Shown: positions 23,731 through 37,102 of the stretch, one piece after another | Layout: every line of letters starts with the position of its first letter | How positions within the stretch are numbered: position 1 is the stretch's first letter | Assembly: GCA_964234715.1 (NCBI GenBank) | Contig: OZ174281.1 | Origin: Podarcis melisellensis | Lineage: Eukaryota | Reading direction: 5' to 3' (one strand) | Length of the DNA: 64,000 nucleotides | Translations under genes and position numbers: made by a program | The notes under the pieces: generated by a model | The model's input: only the letters and a program-made list of their open reading frames with translations | Told to the model about the DNA's origin: nothing | The model's database searches: none

Positions 23731-25398
23731 AAAAGTCGCTCAGATTCAGAAAGACTCCACTGTGGAAGCAAGGCTGGGGTGGAAGAGTGCTAGAGTACTG
23801 TCTGGTCAAGTTGCATGGGATCAATTCTAATCTGTTACCTCTGAGAATGTGGACAGGCTGATTGGACGAGTGAAACCAACCACTTGTCTCCTTGATCCTT
23901 ACCCATCCTGGCTCATAAAAGGGAGCTGGGAAGGGCTGGGCTATGGGCTCTGCAGCGTGGTGAATGTTTCTCTCTGTGAGGGAGTCTTCCCAGACCCACT
24001 AAAAGAAGTGGTTATTAAAACCATCTTTGGACCTGGCCAATATGGCCAGCTATTGCCCAGTCTCAAATCTTCCATTCTTGGGCAAGATGATTGAGCGGGT
24101 GGTTGCTAAACAACTCTAGGCACACCTGGAGAATGCAGACCATTTGGATCCTTTCCATTCGGGATTCAGGCCTCGTCATGGACTGAGACTGCCTTGGTTG
24201 CGCTGGCTGATGATCTCTGGTGGGCTAGGAACAGAGGTGAGAGTTCCTTCCTAGTTCTGCTGGATCTCTCAGTGGCCTTTGATACCACCGACCATGACAT
24301 CCTTCTGGACCGTCTAGAGGGGCTGGGAGCTGGGGGCACTGTTATGCAGCGATTCTGTTCCTTCCTCCTGGGCTGTGCCCAGAAAGTGGTGTGGGGGATG
24401 AGTGTTCAGACCCCTGGGCTCTCTACATGAAGCCACTGGGAGAGATCATCGGGGGTGGGGGTGGGCTGGGTCTTCAACAGTATGCGGATAATTCCCAGCT
24501 CTATATCTCCTTCAAATCAGAACCAATGAGGGCAGTGAAGGTCCTGTGTGAGTGTCTGGAGGATGGATGGAGACTAACAGATTGAGGTGAAATCCTGTCT
24601 AGACAGAAGTACTGTTTTGGGGGGGACTGGGGGCAGGTGGGTGTGGAGGACTCCCTGGTCCTAAATAGGGTAACTGTGCCCCTGAAGGACCAGGTGCACA
24701 GCCTGGGAGTCATTTTGGACCATCAGCTGCCCATGGAGGCGCAGGTCAATTCTGTGTCAAGGGCAGCTGTCTACCAGCTCCATCTGCTATGTGGCTGAGA
24801 CTCTACCTGCCTGTCACCAGAATGGTGCATGCTCTGGTTATCTCCCGCTTGGACTACTGCAACGTCATCTACGTGGGGCTACCTTTGAAGGTGTCTCAGA
24901 AACTACAACTAATCCAGAATGTGGCAGCTAGACTGGTGACTGGGAGTGGCCACTGGGACCATATAACACTGATCCTAAAGGATCCCCACTGGCTCCCAGA
25001 CTTTTAGAAGACATCTGAAGGCAGGCCTGCATTGGGAGGTTGAAATATACTCGGAGTCCTGTAGTGATTTCATGCTCTTTATTGCAGCTTGTAAAACAGT
25101 GAATGAATTGCCCCCCCAACCTCATGCTGTTATATACATTATTTACACAATGAGTCCTGTCTGGTTGGCTGATTCTGCTTCCCTCCTGGAGCCTGATTAG
25201 TCTTTTCCTGCAGGCCAATCAGTTGTTGCATTCTAGGATCCTACCTGCCTATTGTTCTAGGATCCAAGCTTAGTACATAACAGAGGTCTTTAATGCTTGG
25301 TGTTTTTATTATGCTTTTTAATATGCTATAAACTGCCCAGAGTGGCTGGGGAAACCCAGCCTGATGGGCGGGGTATAAATAATACAATTATTATTATT
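23731..25398 (+). mobile_element. L2 LINE fragment (RT domain to 3' tail), interrupted by a solo LTR
   Basis: Frameshifted PTTCLLDPYPSWLIK, LLDLSVAFDTTDHDILLDRL, QYADNSQLY, LVISRLDYCN motifs; tail GGGCGGGGTATAAATAA(TTA)n. Confidence 0.92.
25041..25282 (-). mobile_element. Solo LTR (Gypsy-like)
   Basis: TG...CA termini, perfect 5-bp TSD GAGGT, TATA-like motif and AATAAA on the minus strand. Confidence 0.8.
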
Positions 25399-26004
25399 AC
25401 ATGACTCATGATATAGTGAACAAATTCTTCACCAGACTTGCATTAAAATGCAAAGGGAGTTAGGGATGCTGTAAATGTGTATAACCTGCACAGTAGAATG
25501 CACGTGTGTATTGTATACATATTGCAGCTTGGGTGAATTAGATTGAAAGAATAACTTACAGTTTCTGGAGTTCAAAGGCTTTATTCATGCAGGAACTGTT
25601 TATAGGATGAGCGGAGATGAGAGAAAGATATTGCCAGTATCTCGTCTGGAAAGAACACTGAAAAAATGGCTCCGCTTTTAGGGGTGGAGTTAAGTTAGAC
25701 AAAGCAAAGACTATAAGCAAGTGCTGGCTAGATTGCTACATAAGCAGTGTCCTCTTGTGGTTTAAATTAATTCATGCATTAACTACAAACTCAAATGAAA
25801 GAAATGCATTTACTTTACTCCAACATATGTAAGCTAATGGGAGACTGTTTTTTGCATTTTCAAGATACAGCATGCAGCCACATGCAAATGCACAAAACCA
25901 TTTTGACTAGAGGCTGCAGTAGGAGGAGAGAAGCAGCATCTGTGGCATGGTGTACCTTTCACCCGCTGAGACTGATGTGTCACCTGCAAACCTCTTCCGG
26001 ATAG

Positions 26005-26245
26005 ATAGCCTTCTCATAGGTATCCATGCTGTGAAGGTCCAGATTGGACAACTGCAGTGCATTGTATGTGGGACTGCCTCTAAAATTGCCAGGAAACTGC
26101 AGTTTCACCCCAAATTCAGCTGTGATTAACTGGGACTGATCAACGGGAATATATTATGCTAGTTCTTCAGCTGCTGCGCCATTTCTGAGAAAATTTTAAA
26201 CTGCTGGTGCTCGCCTTCAAAGTCCTGCATAGTTTGAGACTCAGG
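26005..26245 (+). mobile_element. Degraded L2 fragment
   Basis: IHAV..SRLDNCSALYVGLP-like sequence. Confidence 0.55.
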
Positions 26246-28314
26246 TATTGTTTATTTATTTATTAAATTTCTTTCCTGCCCCTCATCTGAGGATCACAGG
26301 GTGGTTTACAGCGTCCTTCAGGTATCTGCTCCCACCTGACAGGGCCCATTGCAGCCGCAGGAGGGCTCAACAAGGCCCACTGTGGGCTTGAGAAGGCCTC
26401 CTTGGGGGGCCTCAGCCCCCCCATGGCATCCCTTCAGAAGATTATCCTTGCCAAGGCAAGCTGTGTGAGAGGCAGGAGTGGCTAAGAGTCCACTGCAACA
26501 GCTGAAAGCTTGTTCACATCTCCTAGCACTGCAGAGTCTCAAGTGATCAGCAACAGACACTAAATCCCTACCTAGAATTTTAGAATTCCTACTCCCCTAA
26601 TACAGACCTGGAAGTCGATGGAAAGGTGGTCAGGAGCTATTCAGGCTAACTCAGAAAAGCACATACAGTCCAGGCATACTTTATCTCACCTGGCAAAGGT
26701 GCAGCTTGGATACATAGAGTGAGAGGAGACAAACCTGACTAACAGAATATGTTGAGGAAACCCACCCTTTGTCGAGGGGGGAAGGTTCTTTGAAGTAGAA
26801 AGGTGTCACAACCCTATCTTGGTGAAAGATCAATCTTTTGAAATTCCAGTTCTAACAATGAATTAAGTTAATTTGCTGCTTAACCCGGAGGGGGGTCAGG
26901 GAGGGAGGGGCTAGCTGAGCATTATTCACACCATCAGCAAATATTGCCATGGATACTGAGTCAGATGCCTGGAAGGAAAGCTTCCACTTGGTTATAAGCA
27001 AAAGTATAGAATAGGCGATACTAATTTCAGTTGATGTTGAGGAAAGATAGTGTACAGTGCATTTACTACGGCAGGTTCAGAATGCTTATCCTTGCCTTAT
27101 TAATCCAAGGAGAGAACCCACATAGACAGGGCAGGTTTGGGGTTTTTTTAAATATGTGCAGTGGTTTTGGCAAAGGGGCCCTATTCCAACAATTACTAGC
27201 TATCATGTCTAGCCAGAATTTACACTGACATGTGCTGACGGATTTTGTAGCAGAAGGCAAATTCATATGTTTTGGGCACCAGGTACTTTAAGGATGACTT
27301 TCTCCCAAATGAACCTGCCTGCCAGGTGAGGTCATTATTAGCTGAGGGCAGCCTTGCTTTGGGGCATGTTACCGGACCCAAAGGACTGGCTGGTAGTGGT
27401 GGTGGAGGTGGAAGCTGCAAGTTGGTGGGGCTCCTCAGGGCAGCATTGACAGCAGCAGCAGCAGCAGCAGCAGTCCAGTCCCAGGCAGAAGGCCCTCTTA
27501 CAGCAGTGGTGTGGGGGACACGTGGAGAGATGTGATGGGTGGTGGATGGATGGGAGGTCAATGTTCTCTAGAATGTTTTCTAACGCTTAACACTATGCAC
27601 AGCTTAATATATCTGCAGGAAATTACCTATGTGCACACCCCTAAATTGAACATCCTACCCCCACCTGGAGATCCACTAGCCAGATACAGCAGTGTCACTC
27701 CATATTTAATACTTCGGGGAACTAGTAAGATCAAAATGTTGATACTATTGTAGCGCAGGAAATGTATACAGTTCACCACTCTCCTCTGTGATGGACCACC
27801 CATGCCTGGAGATCCACATGGTTTCGAGAACTCGTTAGTGGGTTTTGTAGAAGATCAAGGCAACAGCTCTGACGCTGCTCTAGTGGTGGCTTGGAACAGG
27901 AGGAGGACTAGGGTAATTGAGGGGATCATTTGATGGTGTCCTCTTCTCCCACCTCACAGGACTGTTCCAAAATGTCTCCCCCCAGTTTGCCCTGAGGCAG
28001 GGAAAGCTGTGTTGGTTGACCTTGCTTAGGAAGTATGGTGAGTTTGGGAAGCTTCCTTCTTTGGAGGGGAGCGTGAGCACTGTACTTAGCCAGCCCCGTC
28101 AGCCAGTAAGAGCATGAGCTCTGCTGGCAGGGACATGACTAAGCAGGAGCTGCCCCCAAAACGCATAATTATAACGTTTGGAGTCTGGGAATTAGTTTTG
28201 ACCCAGCCCTGGGTTTTTTGTTTTGTTTTGTTTTTTACAAGCATGTTGCTGCACTGGGAGCTTTCTGTCAGTTTCACTTGCTGTGCAGGACCTGCCCCTT
28301 CCTGAACACAGAGG

Positions 28315-28530
28315 ACCTTACAATGCCATGCATGCTTTCATAACCTCCAGGCTTGATTATTATAATGCACTCTACAGCCGGCTGTCCTTGAAGCTTCCCT
28401 TCCTGCAAATGCTGCTGCACACCTTATGGATGAGAGCCATCACAAACACATTCAGCTGGTTGTGTTCCAACGGCACTTACTGCATACAAATCGGATTGGA
28501 TTCAAGGTGCTGATGCTCACCTATCTCTGG
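28315..28530 (+). mobile_element. Degraded L2 fragment
   Basis: MHAFITSRLDYYNALYSRL motif. Confidence 0.7.
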
Positions 28531-31500
28531 GTGATGCCTCTAGATTGTTCCCCCTGCCAATCCCTCCTTCCCCAGGCCCTGCTTTGAATGCCAGCTTTAC
28601 TCAGTGAGATGCAGGCTTTGGGGCTGTGTACATAGTCCTGTTTACTCTGCACCCAGTGCACTCCCACCACAGGTGAGTCGCAATGCTGCAATGTAGTTTC
28701 TTAAGAAATACTGTGTTTTGATGCCAATTTCCTCCAACCGGTTTTGATCTGATTTGAAAACGCAAGCCATAGGAAGACATCCATGCCCCCTCTCTGGTAT
28801 GGACAGACTGTGGGCAACTCAGAAACACATCCAGCCACATTGGCGTGTACAGCAACGTGCAAATGTGATTTGAGGCGCAGAGCAGAGTGGGGTGAATGCC
28901 CTTCCTGCATTTTAAGCTGGTAATGGGTACACTGCCTTTGAGTCAACTTCCCCAGGCTGTGGGGTGAGGGGCCCACAGAGCTTCACAATTTCTCATCACT
29001 ACAGACCTTCCAGATGGGGTGCAAAACACATCGCTTCTTTGGGGCCTTCAGGTCAGCCGGATAGTTTCCCTTTTCAGCGCTGTTTTTAATTTTTTTTTAT
29101 CTGTTTCATTCATTTTGCCTTTTTCATGCTGCCTGAAAAAGGCAAGCAAATTATTTTAATTATAAATAACAAACTGGAATATCAAGTGCATGTATTTTCT
29201 GCAAGGCAACCCTCAGTACAGTATCGATAAGGAGGGGCAAAGTTTTGCATCTGGTGCGGTGGTGGAGAGTAGCTGTGAAATACTAGCGCCATTTTCTTTT
29301 TCCAGTTCTGCACGATTTCCTGGTTTGCTTTGGGCCAGGGAGACCATATGCGCTACTTTGCAGGTAACAGCCGCCAATGTGAAAGGCTGTCAGAGAAAAA
29401 GACCCCTGTTTGTAGGGCTGTCTGCTCCAGGTCTGGTTTGAAGCTAAAGAAGCCTGGGTGGGGCTCGAAGGTTCCCTTCCACAGTTGGCACCTCTCCCAA
29501 GGACTGAGAAGGGGCAAAGGCCACTTTGCCATAGCCTTCCCACTACAGTGACATGTATGCATTGAAATTACTGCATTCAGAATCTTAATTAATTATAATA
29601 AATTATACCTATACATACACATTTGCACCTCCAAATCTGTGTACTTTTTCACTATGTGTAAGTGGCCTCTTTATTTTAGGTGCCAGTAAACGAGACACTC
29701 TTAGATTACACAGAGAAAAGTTTATCACTTGAGGGAAAACGCCTGAAGAAGAACCAAGAATGCGTTAAAAGGAAAGGCTGTTGTGGGAAGTGCCTTCCTG
29801 CACTGAGTGCCCCCATTTTGGGAGAGGCCATTCAGAAATGTAATTGCTTCAGTGCACTTCCTATATCACCTGTGGGTCTTGTGTGTATCATTCTGTGGCA
29901 TACAGGCCACAGAAGGAGCAGAGCATAGAGGGGAGCCCTGAGTTCTTGCTGCTTCCTCTATCACACCTGCAGTATTTCAAGTGAGCCGTGCACTTGGGAG
30001 CCGCTCATGACACAGGAGGAGTTCCGATAGTGCTGGCCACCTAATTTCTCCATGCATCTCCCAGGCCCCCCAGGCCACAGAGCCCAGGCCCCATCCCCAT
30101 GGGATCCTGCGGCCACTTAGGCTTGCTTCATTACTCCACTGTCAGTTTTGCTCTCTGCAGACCTTCGTTCATTTTCAATTCCTTCACACCCAGCCCTGCC
30201 TGCCTGCCTGCCTGCGGTCCCTGGCACTTCTGTCAGACAGCTGGGGGATATGAATGGAAATAGTTAAAAACCGCACTTCTCCACCCAGAAGTGGGTGTTG
30301 CCTGTGTGAGAAAACTGTATAAGAACAGTAGGAAGTTTCAGCTGGTGAGAAAAACCTTGAAGCAGCACTGCTGGGGCATTTACATCTGGCAAGAATTGCC
30401 TTTTCCTTGGGACTGTAAATATACTGCCTGTGCAGGATGTCTGAGAAGAAGAGGAAGGGCAGAGGAAGGGGCAGAAAGAACAAAGAAGGGGGGACAGAGG
30501 AAAAAGAAGCAGGCCCCACAGAAGGTACTTTCCATTTTTAGCACATTTTACTGCATCTGAACAAGAGAGCTTCTGAGCTAATGCAAATGTACCAAGATAC
30601 GGTTTCTGTCTCCTTCAGAAATACATTCCTGGACTATTTAAAAATAGCAACAAAAAACTAATCTCAGCAGGAATCAAGGCAGGGTGTTTTCTGGAAATAT
30701 CCATGGTCACGACTCATAAAGTGCTGATGTGCTGATTAGAACGTTTCATGCAAATAGGCTTTTTCTTGTGTAACATCCAGAAATTCCCTGGTGTAGCAGC
30801 TAAAGAAAAAAGAGTGTTTATGAGAGACAGAAGCAGTAATAGACCAAACATGACCCAAGTAACTACTCTTGTCAATGCAATTGTTTTCACAAATGATGTG
30901 CTTACTATAATTCTAAATGCTTTGGTGTAATCATTATAACTCCAGATTGTTCTGATCTGGTAATTTACTGGTGCTGCTATCAGATGTTGACTCTCAATTA
31001 GAGGGCTAAAGCGGCAAGAGGGTTGTGCGTTCACTGAACGTTTTCAGTGATGCAGAGAGAACAGTTGTGCAGCCTTAATGCTTCCTTTTTTGCCACACAA
31101 AAAACAGAGCAACAGGTTATATGGTTCAACAATGCCAGTTTATTTAGAAGGAAAATTTAAATTAGTAAAGATGCAGCAACAAGCCCCTCTCCATCTCTCT
31201 CCACACACTTGAGTGATGATCTTTTGAAGCAATGTATCGGTCTGCTGATCTATCAAGCTAATCATCTGTCTACACACACAGAAAACAACAATATTAGATT
31301 GGAATGGTGAAATAGTTTATTACTCTCCATTGTTGCTATATTTTTAACTTTCCATTCTTACTAATAGTTGCATTTGCAACACATGGTCTTCCCTATTTTA
31401 TCACAACATCTCTGTGTTGGCTTGGCTGAGAGAGAGTAACTGTCCCAGGATGACTGAGTAGGCTTCATGACCGAGCTGGGGCTACGAAGCAGTCATGCTC

Positions 31501-33725
31501 CTTGGGGTCTCAAATTTCAACAGCACCTTGTGCGATGAACCCCTTTTTTTCGAGAAGTAAAGTACTGGTTGTGGCACCCCCTGTGTCCCCCACCCCAGGC
31601 TCCAGGCTCAGTGTGACTAAACTGGATCCGCCTCTTGTATGAAGTTGGATCTTCCTCGTTTTGAGTTCAAGACTGTATCTGCCACGCCACACTGCCTCTC
31701 TATTTTATATTTCTAAGCTCTCATCAGGTCATATCTTAGTGAGACTCTGTATGAGCCCTTTTGCTTTAACTCCCTCTGCAGTTCTCCCCAGAGCATAGAT
31801 GCCTTTAGAGGGTTGCTCACGTCCACGTTCCTGCTCTTGTTTCACTGAGGCTGAAGAAGTGTAAGGGCAGTAATAGTAGCCACATGGCATGTGCTATAGG
31901 AGAATAATAGACACACCACAGCAGCTGCGAGTGTGAAATATGTGAAACTTCCCTCCAGTTCTCAGCCCCCACATGGTGTTCATAAAACATCAAACTTCCA
32001 GAGCGCTAGATTTTGTGTCATGCACTTCAGAATTCTGGGAGTGAGAATATTATGAATAATCTAAATGCCCTTTAGCAAAGGGAGGTGGTTTTTATTTTAA
32101 AAAAAGAGGATCAGCAGCTGTGCTAATGCCTAAAGTGGAGGCAGAGAGGAGACATTTATCAGCTGCAGAGGTGACTGGATTAGATGAAGGGCAGCGTGGC
32201 ATTCTTTGTCTCCAAAGGAGCTGTGCCTTCCTTGTTCTCTGCAGGCATCAAGAGCAGGATTAGAAGGAACAGACAACGAAATATCTAACTCTGAGTCAAC
32301 TAGATATTTTAAAGGTGGGGAGTGCCTTCTTCTTCTTCTTCTTTTAAGGAGAACTACCTTGTTTTGCATTTTTAGAATTCTCAGTCCCCTGGAGTGTGCT
32401 GTTGTTTGATGAAGGTCCCTTTGCATGTGGATCATTTGGTAAAAAACAGATTATCTGCATTTATTTCCTTCTCCCCAGCATGAAAATATTTATTTTCCTT
32501 GCCAAAGAGTGAACACCTGGAGGAGAGGAGAGTTTGAAGGATGCATATACAGGAGTGCCATAGGCACAAAAGACCAAGCATCACTGATCAGATATTGACA
32601 GAATATTGCCACCTCTAGCCCCCAACTAAAGCCGCCCCAACCATGATCAATGATCTATAGTCCACTATGGACACTGAACCCCCCCCCCACAGGCCTTGCT
32701 TGCAGAAAGCCCCCTAAAGAAAGCTACTGATTAGCTGGTCACATGCCTAGGCCCATGTTGCCTGCATCTCTGCTTAGGTCACGCTGTCCCGGGACCTATT
32801 CATGTCAGTCACAACATCCAGCTCATAAATATGACTGTTTTTTCATTTGCTTTCAACTCCACCATTTTATGATTTAATGATTCTATGAACATTCAAAGAG
32901 GCCACAAGGTGCTTCTTCTGAGAGCCGCATGCCAGTGGAGGGTAGCGCTTGCGGGGAAAGTGAGTGGGGCCACTTGGAAAAGTGGGTGGAGCAATTGCAT
33001 TTGACACACATTTCTCTATTCCCATTGATCCCCTGCTGGTGAGGCTCCCGGAAAAGCAAAAATTTGACCTTTTCTGTTAGGCAAAGATCATAAGACAACC
33101 CGGATGATTGCCAGATTCTATGTACAGATCTGTAGGCGCAGACCATCCCCCAACCCAAACTAGTTCATTAAGAAAATCCCCAAACTCTGTTCCATGGGTG
33201 ACTTTGGTTCATCTCTCTGTGGTAGCTTATCTTAAAGTTTTAAGTGACTATATGCTTATCGCATTTATAAATTTTAAATTTATTGCTGTACATTGTTTTA
33301 AATGTTTGCTTTCCTTCTGGGATTGTACCCCCAAGTGTGTTTTATAAGCTGGTCTCCAACTGTAATAAATTTATCTATCTATCTAGCCTATATCTGGGCA
33401 TTTTAAGCTTGTGCCAATCAAGGGCACATTCCAGCCGGGCAAAAGCACTCCAGCAGGATGTGAAACAGGGCCAGTGGCTTGGCGAGAAGGTGTGGGGGTG
33501 CTGAGCAGAGCCCTGGGGATCGGGTAGAATCACTGCAGCAATTTTACAATTATTTAAGTTTTAAAATAATGGTCACTACCCTTATTTTTTCACTTCATTT
33601 GCTTCTAATCTCAGTGATTAAACACACACCCAAACACCAACCATATGTATGTATGTATCTATGTATATATATGTTATCTATCTGGTAACTTAGGATAGCA
33701 CTTCTGATGAAATATACTCCAGGCC

Positions 33726-34058
33726 CAGACCCCCCCAAGTGTCCCTATTTTCCAGGGACATCCTTGATTAAGAGAAGCCATCTCAGTTTCTGATATCGTC
33801 CCAGAATGTCCTACTTTTCCTTAGGATATCCCTATTTTCATTGAAGAAATGTTGGAAGGTATAGAGTTATCCAACCTCCGAGCCGTCTGAAGGCTATCCT
33901 GTGTAGGGAAGGCCTTATGTTTAATGTTTTATTATGTTTTTATATATGCTGGAAGCTGCCCAGAGTGGCTGGGGTCACACAGTAAAATGTGTCGGGCATA
34001 AATAGTAAAATTATCATTATGGAATGGGACGTCCCTATTTTCACCAGAGAAATGTATG
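33726..34058. mobile_element. hAT-type MITE containing an L2 3' tail
   Basis: Homologous to 15026-15263; L2 tail at about 33884-34020, then a second copy of the right subterminal sequence. Confidence 0.7.
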
Positions 34059-34797
34059 CAGTCCAGGAAAACTACCCCATAAATGTGTTCGTCTTTAATG
34101 CACCACAAGGTTCGTTAATTGTTTTTGTTTGCAGAAGATCTCTCTAATCCTTTTCAGGGAGAATATCATTCAGCTCTGGCCTTTGCGTTATGTTGCTAGA
34201 TTAACCAATGTGGTTTATACAGGTAACATGTTTAGTTCCCATCTATTATTCTGTCTCTTGGAGCAGGGCCTGCTTTCCTTTCTGGCTGACAGGCACTTGT
34301 GTTCTCTTCCTTGAGCAAAGCAGGCTTTTGATCTTTTTATGCCTGAAACAAAACTTAAAAATTACATCCTCCTGCTCTGCAGCTTCCTTTTTTTTTTTAA
34401 GTGGCACATACATTGTTTCATCATCATGTTATTTCATGGGAATGCTGGTGTAGCCTAATAACTGCTGGCTTTAATTTGAATGCTAGATGTTTAGTGCCTA
34501 GGAGCAAAGGTGTTCCATAGCTATTGACAGACCTTTCCTCCATTGATTCCACCAACCCTTTTTGGTCCGTAAGAAAAATATACTCCCAAATGCCTGTTGC
34601 TTTCAAGTTTGCCAGAACTTTTCATGTGCCTCATTTTGGAACATTTTGGTTGCCCCTAATAAAGGTGTTTCCCAACCCTTCCAACTCTACAATTCTATTA
34701 TTCTAACTGGGGATTCTGGAGTTTTGGTCATTTTAGTACTTCTTTGTATTGTTTTCCAGCTCTATTATACCCTTTTTGAGAGCAAAACTGTACATAG

Positions 34798-35287
34798 TGT
34801 TATGAGTATGGGAGTGGGGAGTAGGCAGAGACCCCTCTGAACCCTGGATCCAGCAATAGTTCAAAGCTCACCAAGCCTTCTAATTCTGGGAACTAGCCAT
34901 ACTAGCTTCCTGGTGAGGGGGTGAGGGATTAAGGGGCCTGGTGGGAGACAGCAATTGGGTTGGGTCCCCTCTCTCAAGTGAAAAAAGCAGAGTTGAGTTT
35001 GGGCAGTGAGGTGACCTAGATGTAAAGCAGAAAGTTGGAGAAAGAAAGTCAGAGCAACAGCTGAGAGCAATGTTTGCCTTCGGCTTGAATCCAAGGCTGT
35101 GGCTGTGGAAGAAACAAAACCATTCGGGGGTTTTAATGCTGCGAACCCCTCCATCACAGGCTCAGGTTGTAGATACGTGTAAATAAACCATATAGCATAC
35201 AGACACCACAGCATCCGCTGTACCACAGACTCTTGAGTAAATGCCTGGAACCCCTGGAATCTCACACCGCTCAGAGATTGGGCAACA
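34798..35287 (+). mobile_element. Probable solo LTR
   Basis: TGTT...AACA termini, AATAAA near 35192; TSD only 3/4 (ATAG/ATAT). Confidence 0.4.
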
Positions 35288-35747
35288 ATATTTCCCCTTG
35301 TGATAATATAATGGCATTGTGACAATGGCTGCATCGTTTTCAAACAACTTCCTAAATCTGAACTATTTTCACTGCCACAGAACACTGATTTTCTAAGTGA
35401 GCTTTCCACGATGACTGCAAGATCTCTTTTCTAAATAAGTCACCACCAAACTAGTCCCCAAGCATGTCCATCTCTAAACCTCTTCCAGAGTACTCTAGTA
35501 AAACAGAACCAAAAGCAAAGAACATTGCCTGGTGTTGTTAGCAAGATCAATATCTTATTTACCCTCATCCAGACAGATTTTTCATCTTCACTCTGGTGTG
35601 AATTTAACATTTGTAGTAATGTGTATGTTAAATCCACAGCCTGTGGGAATGTAAGAATACAGCCTTGTTTAAACAAGACTGTGGGTGGTGATCTATCTTA
35701 TGTGGTGTTATGTGGCATTTTTGTGTGCTCTGGCTTCCATCATGGTG

Positions 35748-35908
35748 TCCCATTGTGCCAGAAGCGGTTTAGTCCTGCTGGCCACATGACCCAGAAAGCA
35801 GTCTATGGACAAACGCCGGCTTCCTCGGCCTGAAGCCAGATGAGCTCTGCACCCCATAGTCAAGTTTGACTGGACTTCACCGCCCAGGGGTCCTTTACCT
35901 ATTAACCT
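35748..35908 (+). mobile_element. Older Sauria SINE 3' fragment
   Basis: GCTGGCCACATGACCCAGAA...CAGGGGTCCTTTACCT tail homologous to the full-length copies. Confidence 0.75.
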
Positions 35909-36449
35909 TCAAATATTTTCCAGGGAAACCATCATGCTTGGGGAAGTTGAAGGCACTGATGCATTTTTTGTAGAAGCAAAAAATGGTGTCTGCCTGCGCG
36001 CACATAGGCAAATTAAAAATGAATAAATCAGTATCTGAAGGGTGCAACTAATAAGGAAATGAGCCAACCTTCTAGAGAGACAAGAGCTGATAATAATCAC
36101 TCAAATACTTTTGAAGGGAGGAAATAGTGAAATGTGTTAGAAGTGGCATTTCTTAATCTAAGCAAATTGCCTGTACTTAGAGTGCTCTAGCTCCCATATT
36201 GTTGAGATTATTGTATTTTTGTTTAAATAGATCTTTTGCATTTTGTGTCATGAAATGGTGAGATTTATTTTAATGATCGGTGCTTGTAAATTATAGTCCT
36301 CCTAGATTCTAACAAAACGCCAGACTGGTGGGCCATAATGCTCCATGTGCTTTCAATGCTACCATTTTTTGTTGTTTTTTTTAAAAAGCAAGAGAAAATA
36401 TCTGCCAGAGTGCCTCCTCCCCTCCGTTGCCAGTCAGGATGTTATGATC

Positions 36450-36730
36450 TGCAGGAAAGGCTCCTGTTATTGTGCCAACTGCCTTGGAGGTGCTGGGAGG
36501 TGCCCAGGAGAGAACCTCTGTCCTGCTCCTCCTCAGCGGGAGAACTCCCTTCCTGTGGAGACGCACCAGGTGCCACATCTTTGCAGCTTCAGGCAGTTAC
36601 TGAAGACACACCTCTTTTCCTGGGCTGCCAGTGCCTTCCTATGGCTTTGTTGATATGAGTTGTATTTTGGAGTGGGGCTTTTGTTTTTATCTATTTGTAT
36701 TGTATTTCTTTTTCTATGGTTTATGAAGGA
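36450..36730 (+). mobile_element. Degraded L2 3' end
   Basis: NSLPVET.QVPHLCSFRQLLKTHLF, typical L2 ORF2 C-terminus. Confidence 0.6.
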
Positions 36731-36749
36731 CAGATACCAAATATAACTA

Positions 36750-36965
36750 CAGTGGTACCTCGGATTACAGACGCTTCAGGTTATATATGCTTCAGGTTAC
36801 AGACTCCGCTAACCCAGAAATAGTACCTTGGGTTAAGAACTTTGCTTTAGGATGAGAACAGAAATCGTGCAGCGGCAGCAGGAGGCCCCATTAGCTAAAG
36901 TGGTGCTTCAGGTTAAGAACAGTTTTAGGTTAAGAACAGACCTCCAGAATGAATTAAGTTCTTAA
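36750..36965. mobile_element. Tc1/Tigger-like MITE, same family as 6188-6429, truncated by the assembly gap
   Basis: TA + CAGTGGTACCTC start; colinear with 6188-6414. Confidence 0.88.
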
Positions 36966-37102
36966 NNNNNNNNNNNNNNNNNNNNNNNNNNNNNNNNNNN
37001 NNNNNNNNNNNNNNNNNNNNNNNNNNNNNNNNNNNNNNNNNNNNNNNNNNNNNNNNNNNNNNNNNNNNNNNNNNNNNNNNNNNNNNNNNNNNNNNNNNNN
37101 NN
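36966..37102. other. Assembly gap (137 N)
   Basis: Run of N. Confidence 1.

Noticed and set aside
25548-25740. Second LTR-like stretch with antisense AATAAA
   Set aside because: Could not define termini with a matching TSD.
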